The notes under the pieces: model-generated
Seen by the model: the letters and a program-made list of their open reading frames with translations, nothing else
What the model was told of the DNA's origin: nothing
Database searches by the model: none
Made by a program: the position numbers and the translations under genes
Part shown: in pieces, positions 36,355 to 45,962 of the stretch
Layout: each line of letters starts with the position of its first letter
How positions within the stretch are numbered: the stretch's first letter is position 1
NCBI GenBank assembly: GCA_900320385.1
Contig: ONSD01000019.1
Location: forward strand, 4,444 to 68,443
Length of the DNA stretch: 64,000 nucleotides
Origin: an uncultured Bacteroidales bacterium
Lineage (GTDB): Bacteria > Bacteroidota > Bacteroidia > Bacteroidales > UBA932
Direction of reading: 5' to 3'

Positions 36355-37803
36355 CTATGCAAACGGGAAAATCTTGGTGAGCCAGAAAAATCCGAAGACG
36401 AATCCGACTACGCCGATGACGACGCCCACCTTCGACATATCTTTGGTCTCCACGAGGCCTGTCGACGCAGCGATGGCGTTCGGAGGCGTGGAGATGGGGA
36501 AACACATGGCGAGGGAAGCACATACGGCGATGAAAGTGATCATGGCCTTGGTGCCGCCCAGGGCGAGGAACGAGGCGTTGTTGGCAGCAGACGGATCCGC
36601 CATGCCTTCAGCGACTACGATGAGGATAGGGATCAGCAGCGCCGCCGTCGCGGAATTACTGATGAAATTGGAGAGGAAGTAGCATATTATGCCCGCGAGT
36701 ATGAGAACGAGCACGACCGACATGCTTCCGAACGGAATGGCTTCGATAAGCGTCTTGGCCAGTCCGGTACCCTGAAGGGACGTACCCAGGGCGAAACCGC
36801 CGGCGACCAGCCAGAGCACGCTCCAGTTGATTTCCTTGATGTCTTCTTTAGTGAAAATGCCCATCATGGTAAGTGCGGCGAGCGGGATGAGCGCTACGAC
36901 ATTGGAGTTGACGTGGTGGATCTGCTCGGTCATCCAGAGGAGGATGGTACCGACGAAGACGATCCATACCGCATAGTACTTCCAATCCTTGGCACGCTTG
37001 CTCTCGGGTATTTCCAACACGACTTCCTTTGCCTTGAAGGGGAAGAACACCTGAAGGAGGAACCATGCGAAAGCTATCATTATGATAACGTACGGGACCA
37101 TATGGAGCATCCACTCGCCGAAACCGATCTCGGCACCGGCATCTGCCAGAAAGCGTACCGCGGTGGCGTTGGGAGGCGTTCCGATGGGAGTGCCAATACC
37201 GCCGATGTTCGCTGCCACCGGGATTGCCAGGGCCAGGCCTATGCGGCCGCGGTCATCCTTGGGAAGGACGGCGAGCACGGGCGCCAGGAAGGCCAGCATC
37301 ATGGCGGCGGTAGCGGTGTTGCTCATGAACATCGAGAACACGGAAATGACTATAAGGAATCCCAGAAGCACGGATTTCGGGTTCTTGCCGAAAGGCTTCA
37401 GAAGCACGCGGGCCAGGGTAACGTCGAGGCCGTACTTCTCCGCCATGATGGCAAGGACGAAACCACCCAGGAAGAGCATCACTACCGGATCGGCGAAGGC
37501 GGCCATGAGCTGTTTGTAATCCACGAGCTGGCCGGCTGCCGGAGTGCACAGGAATCCAAGTCCCTTGTTGGAGACGGTGAGCAGCGACAGCACGATCACG
37601 AGAAGAGAGGTGGTCCAGTTGGGAATGATCTCGAATATCCACATGAGTGCGGCGAAGGCAAAAAGGGCGATCACCCGCTGCTGCGTGGCGGTAAGGGCGT
37701 CGATACCGAAGAATGAGGTAGGCACGGCCCAGAGGAATATTGTGACCAGAAGCACGATGGGCAAAAGTACACAATACTTCGGATTGAATTTTTTGTTACC
37801 CAT
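36355..37803 (-). CDS. SLC13/DASS anion:sodium symporter
   Basis: FMSNTATAAMM, GTPIGTPPN, FISNSATAALL, PISTPPNAI. Confidence 0.92.
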   Translation of the reverse strand: MGNKKFNPKYCVLLPIVLLVTIFLWAVPTSFFGIDALTATQQRVIALFAFAALMWIFEIIPNWTTSLLVIVLSLLTVSNKGLGFLCTPAAGQLVDYKQLMAAFADPVVMLFLGGFVLAIMAEKYGLDVTLARVLLKPFGKNPKSVLLGFLIVISVFSMFMSNTATAAMMLAFLAPVLAVLPKDDRGRIGLALAIPVAANIGGIGTPIGTPPNATAVRFLADAGAEIGFGEWMLHMVPYVIIMIAFAWFLLQVFFPFKAKEVVLEIPESKRAKDWKYYAVWIVFVGTILLWMTEQIHHVNSNVVALIPLAALTMMGIFTKEDIKEINWSVLWLVAGGFALGTSLQGTGLAKTLIEAIPFGSMSVVLVLILAGIICYFLSNFISNSATAALLIPILIVVAEGMADPSAANNASFLALGGTKAMITFIAVCASLAMCFPISTPPNAIAASTGLVETKDMSKVGVVIGVVGFVFGFFWLTKIFPFA

Positions 37804-37827
37804 AATCAGGTTAGGTTGAATACTTTA

Positions 37828-37861
37828 CAAAAAGCAGTTGCGTTCCGGAAAACGCAACTGC
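37828..37861 (-). terminator. Terminator after gdhA
   Basis: GCAGTTGCGTT/AACGCAACTGC stem with a T tract on the minus strand; abuts a TACATTTG -7 box (37861-37868). Confidence 0.7.
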
Positions 37862-37903
37862 AAATGTAGTCAATATTTTTGACTTGGCGAAGGATGACTG
37901 GCA

Positions 37904-39247
37904 TTAAATGATGCCCTGCTCGAGCATTGCCTGGGCAACCTTCATGAAGCCGGCGATGTTGGCGCCCTTCACATAGTCGATGCTGCCGTCGGCCTGGGTG
38001 CCGAACTTGACGCACTGCTCATGGATTGCGGCCATGATGTGATGGAGCCTTTCGTCCACCTCGTCTGCGGTCCAGCTGATGTGCTCCGCATTCTGGGTCA
38101 TTTCGAGACCGCTGGTAGCCACACCGCCTGCGTTGACGGCCTTGCCGGGAGCGAACATCATTCCGTTGCCCTGGATCCAGTGGATCGCGTCGGCCTGGCA
38201 GCCCATGTTGGAAATCTCAAACACTGCCCAGCAGCCGTTCTTCTTGAGTTCCTGTGCGTCAGCGAGGCTGAGCTCATTCTGGAATGCGGACGGGAACGCG
38301 ATGTCTACCGGTATAGCCCAGCTCTTCTTGCCGGCGGTGAACTTGGTGGCGGCAGGATACTTGACTGCCATATCCTCAACCTTGTTGCGGTTGGAGGCAC
38401 GCATGTCGAGCATATAGTCGATCATCTCGTCGGTGATGCCGTCGGGAATCTCGCAGACGCCGTCCGGGCCGCTGATGGCGACCACCTTGGCACCGAGCTG
38501 CTTGGCCTTCTTGGCTGCACCCCAGGCAACGTTGCCGAAGCCGGAGAGAGCGATGCGCTGGCCTGCGAGGGACTTGCCCACCTTCTCAAGGGCGAGCTGC
38601 GCGAAATACATGGCACCGTAGCCGGTAGCTTCGGGACGGAGGATGGAACCACCCCAGGTCATACCCTTGCCGGTAAGGACACCGGTGTTGTACTGACGGG
38701 CGAGCTTGCGGTACATACCGTCGAGGAAGCCGATCTCACGGCCGCCTACGCCTACGTCGCCTGCCGGAACGTCCTCGTCCGGACCGATGCAGCGCCACAG
38801 TTCAAGCATGAAAGCCTGGCAGAAACGCATGATTTCGTCGTTGCTCTTGCCTACCGGGTCGAAGTCGGAGCCGCCCTTGCCGCCGCCCATCGGGAGCGTG
38901 GTGAGAGCGTTCTTGAAAGTCTGCTCGAAACCGAGGAATTTGAGCATGGAAGGCGTTACGGCCTTATGGAAGCGGAGACCTCCCTTGTAGGGGCCGATGG
39001 CACTGTTGAACTGTACGCGATAGCCCAGATTGCTCTGGATCTGACCCTTGTCGTCAACCCAGGTAACGCGGAAGGTGTAGATGCGGTCGGGCTCTACCAT
39101 CCTTTCCACGATCTTGGCCTTCTCGAATTCGGGATGCTGGTTATAAACGTCCTCAATGCTTTCTAGAACCTCCTGCACTGCCTGCAGATACTCGTTTTCT
39201 CCCGGATGCTTGGCCTGGAGAGCCGCCATGATTTCAGTAGTTTTCAT
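37904..39247 (-). CDS. gdhA: Glutamate dehydrogenase (NADP-type)
   Basis: GPYKGGLRFH, MGGGKGGSDFDP, VPAGDVGVG, RPEATGYG, SGFGNV, NAGGVATSGLEM. Confidence 0.96.
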   Translation of the reverse strand: MKTTEIMAALQAKHPGENEYLQAVQEVLESIEDVYNQHPEFEKAKIVERMVEPDRIYTFRVTWVDDKGQIQSNLGYRVQFNSAIGPYKGGLRFHKAVTPSMLKFLGFEQTFKNALTTLPMGGGKGGSDFDPVGKSNDEIMRFCQAFMLELWRCIGPDEDVPAGDVGVGGREIGFLDGMYRKLARQYNTGVLTGKGMTWGGSILRPEATGYGAMYFAQLALEKVGKSLAGQRIALSGFGNVAWGAAKKAKQLGAKVVAISGPDGVCEIPDGITDEMIDYMLDMRASNRNKVEDMAVKYPAATKFTAGKKSWAIPVDIAFPSAFQNELSLADAQELKKNGCWAVFEISNMGCQADAIHWIQGNGMMFAPGKAVNAGGVATSGLEMTQNAEHISWTADEVDERLHHIMAAIHEQCVKFGTQADGSIDYVKGANIAGFMKVAQAMLEQGII

Positions 39248-39290
39248 AATAGTTGCTTATGTGGTTGATATATAAGTGTATGCAAATGCA

Positions 39291-39330
39291 AAAGAGTTTC
39301 CGGCGACGGTATGTCTGTCGCCGGAAACTC
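39291..39330 (-). terminator. Terminator between ompH and gdhA
   Basis: Perfect 14-bp GAGTTTCCGGCGAC/GTCGCCGGAAACTC stem plus TTTT on the minus strand. Confidence 0.75.
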
Positions 39331-39402
39331 CTGTAAATCTTCAAACAACATCCCTGGCAATAAGAACCGCGTGTTGCATTTCAGATTTGAAGATAATCGA
39401 TT

Positions 39403-39966
39403 CTACTCTGACGCTGTCTGCTGTTGTGCCTGGAGTTCCGCCTGGAGAGACTCGAGGGTGCGGTCGTCCGCGATGCCGAGAGCCTTGCGGGCAGCCTTGG
39501 TGATGTCGGTGCTCTGGGTGTCGTCGATGTAGAGGATGCTGCTGCGGTCGAAGACGTATACATATCCGGCCTTCTTGGCGAGGGAATTAACTGTCTCCTG
39601 AGCTTTCTGGTAGATGGGGGCCATGAGCTGCTGCTCCTGCTGCTGGAGTTCCTGCGAAACGGTGGCCTGGAACTCCTGTACGCGCTGCTGGATTTCGGTG
39701 AGTTCCTTTTCCTTGCTCTCACGTATCGCCGGCGTCCAGGTGTTCAGTTTCTGCTGATAGGTGGAATACTTGCTGTTGAACTCCTCGACCATGGTCTGGT
39801 ATGTTTCCTGAGCCTCTTTGCTGGAAGCCTGGAGGGTAGCACGCGCCTGATCGGCCTCGGGCATGAGCTGCACGAGTTCAGAGAAGTTCACATGCGCGAA
39901 CTTGGGCTGCGCCCAGGCTGCTGCGCTGAAGAGCATCACTGCTGCAAATAAAATGACCTTTTTCAT
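39403..39966 (-). CDS. skp: OmpH/Skp periplasmic chaperone
   Basis: Signal peptide MKKVILF; KFAHVN..MPE, coiled coil, GYVYVFD, DIT; downstream of bamA. Confidence 0.88.
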   Translation of the reverse strand: MKKVILFAAVMLFSAAAWAQPKFAHVNFSELVQLMPEADQARATLQASSKEAQETYQTMVEEFNSKYSTYQQKLNTWTPAIRESKEKELTEIQQRVQEFQATVSQELQQQEQQLMAPIYQKAQETVNSLAKKAGYVYVFDRSSILYIDDTQSTDITKAARKALGIADDRTLESLQAELQAQQQTASE

Positions 39967-40036
39967 ATCGATGCTTATTGGTTTTGTTTCTGTTGTACTA
40001 ATAGGATGCAAATTTACATCAAAATGTTTCAATTTC

Positions 40037-42622
40037 CTAAAATTGTTGTCCGATTATGAAGTGGAACTGACTCTTGCCGCTGGTGGCGTCGTCGAAACCG
40101 TAACCCCAGTCGATACCGAGCAAGCCTATCATAGGCAGGAAGATACGCACGCCTACACCGGCGCTCCGCTTGATCTGCAACGGATTGAAGTCGCGTATGT
40201 CGGCCCAGCAGTTGCCGCCTTCCAGGAAGAGCAGGGCGAAGATGGTGGAAGAAGGCTGGAGTATAACGGGATAGCGGAGTTCCACGGTGAACTTGTCGTA
40301 GACGTTGCCGGCATATGCCGAGCCGCTCGAGTTGTAACTGGTTTCGCGGTACGGTGTGAGAGAATAGTTCTCATATCCGCGGAGCGGTATGATGTCGGTT
40401 CCGTAGGTAGCATATCCGCTCATGCCGTCGCCGCCCACCATGAAGCCTTCGAACGGGGAATAGCCCCATCTGCGGTTGTAATAGCCGAGGTATCCGAACT
40501 GGGCCTTGGTCATGAGCACCAGGTCGCCAGCAAGCTTGGTGTAGTTGGCCGCCGAGAATTTCCATTTATGGTACTCGATCCACTTGAAACGCTGCTGAGA
40601 GGTCCAGTTGTCGTAATTGATATCGGAGGGCTTGTCGACCTTGATGACGTTCCCGCTGGCGTCATACGACTTCCTGCGGAAGAGCGAGAATGGCGGGGTG
40701 ACCTGCAGCGAGAGGCTGAATTCGGAGCCCTGGCGGGGATATATCTGCTGGTCGGTACTGTTGCGCACGAGGTTTGAGGTGAAGCTGATGTTGTGCGAGA
40801 TACCGTCCTGGAACATGAAGTAACCCTGATACCAGTTGGTAAGCTTGTATGTCTGCCAGCTCAGACCGTTGTAGAGCACGAAGTAATTGTCGGGCCAGTC
40901 GAGGCGGCGTCCCAGGGAAGCAGAAGCGCCGAATATCTCGAGTATGCGGTCGACTGAATAATTGTAGAAGTAGTTGTAATAGCCGCCGCTGTTGGATGCG
41001 GTCTGGCGGGTGTAGTACACGCCGAGGTTGAGGGAAGTGGGCCTGTTGCCGAAGAGCCAGGGTTCCACGAAACTGGCCGAAAGCGCTGTATAGTACGAAC
41101 CGTTGGTCTGGAAACGGAACGAGAGGTTCTGGGCGTCTCCAAGGGGTACCGGCCTCCATGCGCTCTTGTCAAAGAAGCGGTGGGTGCTGAAGTTGTTGAA
41201 CGACACGCCGGCGGTGGCGACGAAGGTCCTGCCGCCCCAGCCTCCGGACAGTTCGAGCTGGCTGGAGGGCTTTTCGGTGACGTTGTAAACTATGTCGACG
41301 GTGTTGTTGACCTGGTTGGGGATGATCGAATAGCCGCCTTCGCTCATTATGGCCTCGGGGTCGAACTGGCCGAGCGAGGATATTTCGCGTATGCTCCTTT
41401 CGAAGTCGGTCTGGCTGAACAGGTAACCGGGACGGGTGAAGATCTGGCGGCGGACCACTTTCTCGTTGGTAAGGTCGTTGCCGTTGATGACGATATTGTT
41501 GAGCGTAGCCTGCTTGCCTTCGGAAATGCGCATCTCCACATCCACGGAGTCGTTCTGGATATTGGTTTCCACAGGATTCACGTAGAAGAAGAGGTAGCCG
41601 TTGTCGCGATATAGCTTGGTGATGTCGTACTCATTCTGCTTGCCGCCGCCGAACAGCCTCTTCTGCATCAGGACCACATCGTATACGTCGCCGGGACGTA
41701 TGCCGAGCACCTCGTTGAGGGCGTCGGTGGTGTAAACCGAGTTGCCGGTCCAGCTGATATCCCGGAAATAGTACCTGTCGCCTTCATCGACGGTGATGTC
41801 GATCCCCAGTCTGCCGGGTTCGATGTAATAGATGGAATCCTTTACGATGCGTGCGTCACGGAAGCCCTTTTCGTTGAAAGCGCTGAGCAGCCCCTTCTTG
41901 TCGTTCGGATATTCCTTCTCGTTGAATTTCTTGGTATGGAAGAAGTTATAGAACTTGTTGCTCTTGGTCTTCTTCATGGAACGCGCGAGCTTGTACTCGG
42001 ACACATGGTCGTTGCCTATGAAATTGATCTCGCGCACCTTGACCTTGACTCCGCGGTCCACCGCAAAATTGACGCGAATGGCCTTGCGTATCATGGTATC
42101 CTGCTGCACTTCGGCCTTTACGTCGCAGTTGAGGAAGCCCTTCTCGGCATAGAAACGCTTGATTATGTCCACCGACGTCTTTTCGACATACTCGGAAAAC
42201 TCACCGCCGCGGCGCAGGTGGAGCCTTTCCTTGAGGTCCTTCTCTTCGCCGGACTTGACTCCGGAGAAAGTCCAGCGCGATACGCGCGGGCGCTCGATTA
42301 TACCTATCTTGAGGAATACCGAATCCCGGTCGGCGCTGAAGCGGTCGATGGTCATGGACACGTCTTCGAAATAACGCTGGAGCCAGAGGCGGCGCACTAT
42401 GTTGGAGATGTCTTCGCCCGGGATGGTAAGCTCCATCCCCTTGACCAGGCCGGTGAGGGAGATGATCTGCTGGGAGCTGAAATAATTGTTCCCTTCGACC
42501 GAAACCCCACCCACTATATATTTTTGCGGATGATTGTAATCCACCTCTATGTCCTGCTGCTGGGCATGCGCGAGCGTGCCGGCGAGCAGGGAGGCGAAGA
42601 TGATAATCAATGTCCGTTTCAT
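40037..42622 (-). CDS. bamA: Outer membrane protein assembly factor BamA
   Basis: POTRA repeats, QLELSGGWG, LRGY, GIDWGYGFD, terminal GQQF. Confidence 0.95.
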   Translation of the reverse strand: MKRTLIIIFASLLAGTLAHAQQQDIEVDYNHPQKYIVGGVSVEGNNYFSSQQIISLTGLVKGMELTIPGEDISNIVRRLWLQRYFEDVSMTIDRFSADRDSVFLKIGIIERPRVSRWTFSGVKSGEEKDLKERLHLRRGGEFSEYVEKTSVDIIKRFYAEKGFLNCDVKAEVQQDTMIRKAIRVNFAVDRGVKVKVREINFIGNDHVSEYKLARSMKKTKSNKFYNFFHTKKFNEKEYPNDKKGLLSAFNEKGFRDARIVKDSIYYIEPGRLGIDITVDEGDRYYFRDISWTGNSVYTTDALNEVLGIRPGDVYDVVLMQKRLFGGGKQNEYDITKLYRDNGYLFFYVNPVETNIQNDSVDVEMRISEGKQATLNNIVINGNDLTNEKVVRRQIFTRPGYLFSQTDFERSIREISSLGQFDPEAIMSEGGYSIIPNQVNNTVDIVYNVTEKPSSQLELSGGWGGRTFVATAGVSFNNFSTHRFFDKSAWRPVPLGDAQNLSFRFQTNGSYYTALSASFVEPWLFGNRPTSLNLGVYYTRQTASNSGGYYNYFYNYSVDRILEIFGASASLGRRLDWPDNYFVLYNGLSWQTYKLTNWYQGYFMFQDGISHNISFTSNLVRNSTDQQIYPRQGSEFSLSLQVTPPFSLFRRKSYDASGNVIKVDKPSDINYDNWTSQQRFKWIEYHKWKFSAANYTKLAGDLVLMTKAQFGYLGYYNRRWGYSPFEGFMVGGDGMSGYATYGTDIIPLRGYENYSLTPYRETSYNSSGSAYAGNVYDKFTVELRYPVILQPSSTIFALLFLEGGNCWADIRDFNPLQIKRSAGVGVRIFLPMIGLLGIDWGYGFDDATSGKSQFHFIIGQQF

Positions 42623-43308
42623 TTGCTGTCTTTCACTTTTCCAAAACGACGGTCGCGCGAAGCATACTCCTGCAGCGCGGCACGGAAACTGTCCTTTCTA
42701 AAATCAGGCCAAAGTGTGTCCACGAACACAAATTCGGAATAGGCCGCCTGCCAGAGCAGATAATTGCTCAGACGCTTCTCTCCGGAGGTGCGGATGATCA
42801 GGTCGGGGTCCGGTATGCCGGCAGTCACCAGATATGGCTCGAGGTCGTGTGCGCCTTCTTCGGCCATGCGGTCGGCAGCCTGCTGGATGTCCCATTTGCC
42901 GCTGTAACTCAGGAAGAGGATGAGCGTGAGGTTCTCTCCCCCGGCAGTGGCATCCTCCAGGAAATCGATGGCCTTGTTGAGCCCGTCCGAAAGGCGGGCC
43001 CTGTTTCCAAGTACCCGGAAGCGCACACCGTTCTTGATGAAGGTCCCGTATTCGTTCTTCATCGAACTGGCCATTATCTTCATAAGGGTGTCCACCTCGG
43101 TCTCGGGACGGCCCCAGTTCTCTTCGGAGAACGCGAAGACCGAAAGGTACTTTACCCCGAATTCGACGCAGGCTTCGGTAACCGCCCTTACGCTCTCCAC
43201 CCCTTCGGCATGGCCGCGGACCCTTTCGAGGCCGCGGTTCTGCGCCCAACGGCCGTTGCCGTCCATGATTATCGATACGTGTGTGGGGATCTTCGCTGGT
43301 CTTTCCAT
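42619..43308 (-). CDS. uppS: Undecaprenyl diphosphate synthase
   Basis: PTHVSIIMDGNGRWA, FSEENWGRP, DLIIRTSGEKRLSNYLLWQ; start MERPAK at 43308. Confidence 0.95.
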   Translation of the reverse strand: MERPAKIPTHVSIIMDGNGRWAQNRGLERVRGHAEGVESVRAVTEACVEFGVKYLSVFAFSEENWGRPETEVDTLMKIMASSMKNEYGTFIKNGVRFRVLGNRARLSDGLNKAIDFLEDATAGGENLTLILFLSYSGKWDIQQAADRMAEEGAHDLEPYLVTAGIPDPDLIIRTSGEKRLSNYLLWQAAYSEFVFVDTLWPDFRKDSFRAALQEYASRDRRFGKVKDSK

Positions 43309-43309
43309 G

Positions 43310-44125
43310 CTAATTGGTGTTTCGGACGTCTTCCCCCCAGAAGAAGCGGGATTCGAGGGCATCGATGAAGCTGGCCTTGCCCAGGTCCACGGTCTTGAGG
43401 GAGAAGGGAGCAAGGTTCACCTGAACCGCCATCTTTTCGGGTATGCTGTACGAGCGGTTGTCCAGGGTAAGGGTGGCGGTGCCGGAGCGCGACTGGGCTG
43501 CAAGCAACACCTGCGATCCGGCGGGGATCACAAGTGGCCTGAGATTCAGGTTATGGGGAGCTACCGGTGTGAGCAGCAGCACCTTGGAGTCGGGCAGGCA
43601 GATGGGACCCCCGGCGCTGAGATTGTATGCCGTGGAGCCGATGCTGCTGGCTACCAGGAGGCCGTCGGCCCAGTATGTGGGAAGACGGTTGTCGTCTACC
43701 GTGGCGTCGATGCCGAGCATTTCGGCGCCGGTGCGGTGCAGGCTCACTTCGTTCACCGCATAAGGACAGAATCCATCCGGCTCGGGGCCATAGAGCCTGA
43801 CCTGCAGCATGGCCCTTTCCCTTATGCGGTATTCCCCTGCCAGAAGGGCGGGAGCCACGTCTTCGGGGGCGTTCTGCGACAGGAAGCCCATGCGTCCCAT
43901 GTTCACGCCGAGTATCGGAATGTCTTTCTGCGCCACCAGATGGGCGGTCGAGAGGAAGGTTCCGTCGCCGCCGAGGCTGAGGACCATCCCTGTCCCGGGC
44001 CTGATGTCCCGGGTGTTCCGGACGGGGTAGACCTCCATTCCGGCTTCGCGGAGAGTCCCCAGCAGGGATTCCGTACGCGGGTCGCCTTGGAGTGCCGTCT
44101 TATGGATGTAGAATGCTATCCTCAT
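43310..44125 (-). CDS. nadK: NAD kinase
   Basis: LGGDGTFL, GRMGFL, NE, DGLLVASSIGSTAYNLSAGGP. Confidence 0.93.
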   Translation of the reverse strand: MRIAFYIHKTALQGDPRTESLLGTLREAGMEVYPVRNTRDIRPGTGMVLSLGGDGTFLSTAHLVAQKDIPILGVNMGRMGFLSQNAPEDVAPALLAGEYRIRERAMLQVRLYGPEPDGFCPYAVNEVSLHRTGAEMLGIDATVDDNRLPTYWADGLLVASSIGSTAYNLSAGGPICLPDSKVLLLTPVAPHNLNLRPLVIPAGSQVLLAAQSRSGTATLTLDNRSYSIPEKMAVQVNLAPFSLKTVDLGKASFIDALESRFFWGEDVRNTN

Positions 44126-44231
44126 TTAAACAAAGTCAGCAAATTTAACACTTTATTTACAATTTTCGACAAATCCATAATTTTTAATTAACTTTGCGGA
44201 TACTTTGGAAATTCTAAAACAAACGACAATA

Positions 44232-44837
44232 ATGAAAAGGACACTTTTATTCCTCGGAATCATCGCAGCGATGACATTCGTTTCCTGCAACCAGAACCAG
44301 GGCGCCACCGCTCAGGAAGAAGAAAAGACCGAAAGCACCGCCCCCGGTAAGGGACAGATCGTATACTTCAACCTCGACAAGGTGCTCAACGAGTACGACA
44401 TGGCCAACGACCTGCGTTCGGTCGTCGAAACCAAGATCAAGGGCATCAACGACGAAGTCAACCGCAGGGGCAACAAGCTCGACAGCGACATCAAGTCGTT
44501 CCAGGACAAGATCGACAAAGGCCTCATGACCCGCAGCACCGCCGAGGTACAGAGCGCCGACCTGCAAAAAAGGCAGCAGTCTTTCCAGACCTACGCAGCC
44601 CAGAAGCAGCAGGAAATCGCCGAAGAGCAGCAGGTCATGCTCAACCAGCTGGCCGATGCCATCAAGACCTTCCTCGACAAGTACAACGCCGAGAAGCATT
44701 TCGCGATGATCCTTACCACCCAGGGCGACATCCTTCCCGCCCCCATCGCAGCCGCCGACTCTTCGCTTGACGTCACCGACGATATCCTCGCAGGACTCAA
44801 CGCCGAGTACGTAAAGACCAAAGGCCAGTCCAAATAA
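44232..44837 (+). CDS. OmpH-family lipoprotein
   Basis: Lipobox FVSC; IVYFNLD, coiled coil, DVTDDILAGLN; TAACTTTG box at 44189-44196. Confidence 0.82.
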   Translation: MKRTLLFLGIIAAMTFVSCNQNQGATAQEEEKTESTAPGKGQIVYFNLDKVLNEYDMANDLRSVVETKIKGINDEVNRRGNKLDSDIKSFQDKIDKGLMTRSTAEVQSADLQKRQQSFQTYAAQKQQEIAEEQQVMLNQLADAIKTFLDKYNAEKHFAMILTTQGDILPAPIAAADSSLDVTDDILAGLNAEYVKTKGQSK

Positions 44838-44840
44838 ACT

Positions 44841-45962
44841 GTGAGAATCGCCCTGCTGTCATGTTTCTACCCCTTCAGAGGGGGGATTTCCCAGTTCAAC
44901 GCAAACATGTACCTCGAACTGGGGAAGAGGCATGTGGTCAAGGCTTTCAATTTCACAAGGCAATATCCCGACTTCCTCTTCCCGGGGAAGTCGCAGTTTG
45001 TTTCCCCCCAGGATGAAGCCGAACCGATAGAATCCGAGCGTCTGCTCGATTCGGTGGGCCCGTTCTCCTGGAAGAAAACCGCCAAGGCCATCGCCGGATG
45101 GGGTCCCGATGCGGTGGTGATGAGCTGGTGGATGTCGGCATTCGGCCCGTCGATGGGCTATGTGGCGCACTATCTCAGCAAACGCGGCATCAAGGTGGTG
45201 TCCGTGCTGCATAACGTCATCCCTCACGAAAAGAAGTTCTACGACACTCCCCTCACCCAGTATTTCCTCAAGGGATGCACGGCCCACGTGACCCTATGCA
45301 GGGAGGTGGACGGCGACCTTCACTCCCTCGGGAGTTTCAGGAGCAGGCAACTGTTCCACCCCGTCTACACCCATTTCGGCGAAAGGCTCCCGCGCAGCGA
45401 AGCCGAAAAGGACCTCGGACTCAGGCCCGGCATGAAGAACCTGCTTTTCTTCGGCCTGATACGCGAATACAAGGGGCTGGACATCCTCCTCGAAGCTTTC
45501 GACACCCTCCCGGACGATTACCAGCTGATAATCGCCGGCGAGCCCTATGGCTCTTTCGACAAGTACCGTCAGATGATAGACGCCTCGCCCGGCAAGGACC
45601 GCATCCACTGTTTCCTCAACTACGTGCGCGACTCGGAGGTGAAAGTCTTCTTTTCGGCCGCCGACCTTACCGTCCTGCCGTACCGCAGCGCCACCCAGAG
45701 CGGTGTCAGCTCGGTTTCGTACCACTTCGAGGTGCCCATGGAGGTTACCGACGTGGGCGGGCTCATGGAAGCGGTGGGAGAGACTGGCACGGGTATTGTC
45801 GCTTCCAAGGCGGAAGCCGGTGAAATCGCTGCAGGCATAAAACGCTTCTTCGGCGATGCCGACCTCCGTAAAAATTGCGTGGAATCCATCAGGAAGGAAA
45901 AAGAAAGGCTTTCCTGGCGCCGGTTCTGCGATTCATTGGTCAATTTCATCCTGGAACTGTGA
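44841..45962 (+). CDS. Glycosyltransferase family 4
   Basis: PFRGGI, FFGLIREYKGLD, LPYRSATQSGV, TDVGGL. Confidence 0.9.
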   Translation: MRIALLSCFYPFRGGISQFNANMYLELGKRHVVKAFNFTRQYPDFLFPGKSQFVSPQDEAEPIESERLLDSVGPFSWKKTAKAIAGWGPDAVVMSWWMSAFGPSMGYVAHYLSKRGIKVVSVLHNVIPHEKKFYDTPLTQYFLKGCTAHVTLCREVDGDLHSLGSFRSRQLFHPVYTHFGERLPRSEAEKDLGLRPGMKNLLFFGLIREYKGLDILLEAFDTLPDDYQLIIAGEPYGSFDKYRQMIDASPGKDRIHCFLNYVRDSEVKVFFSAADLTVLPYRSATQSGVSSVSYHFEVPMEVTDVGGLMEAVGETGTGIVASKAEAGEIAAGIKRFFGDADLRKNCVESIRKEKERLSWRRFCDSLVNFILEL

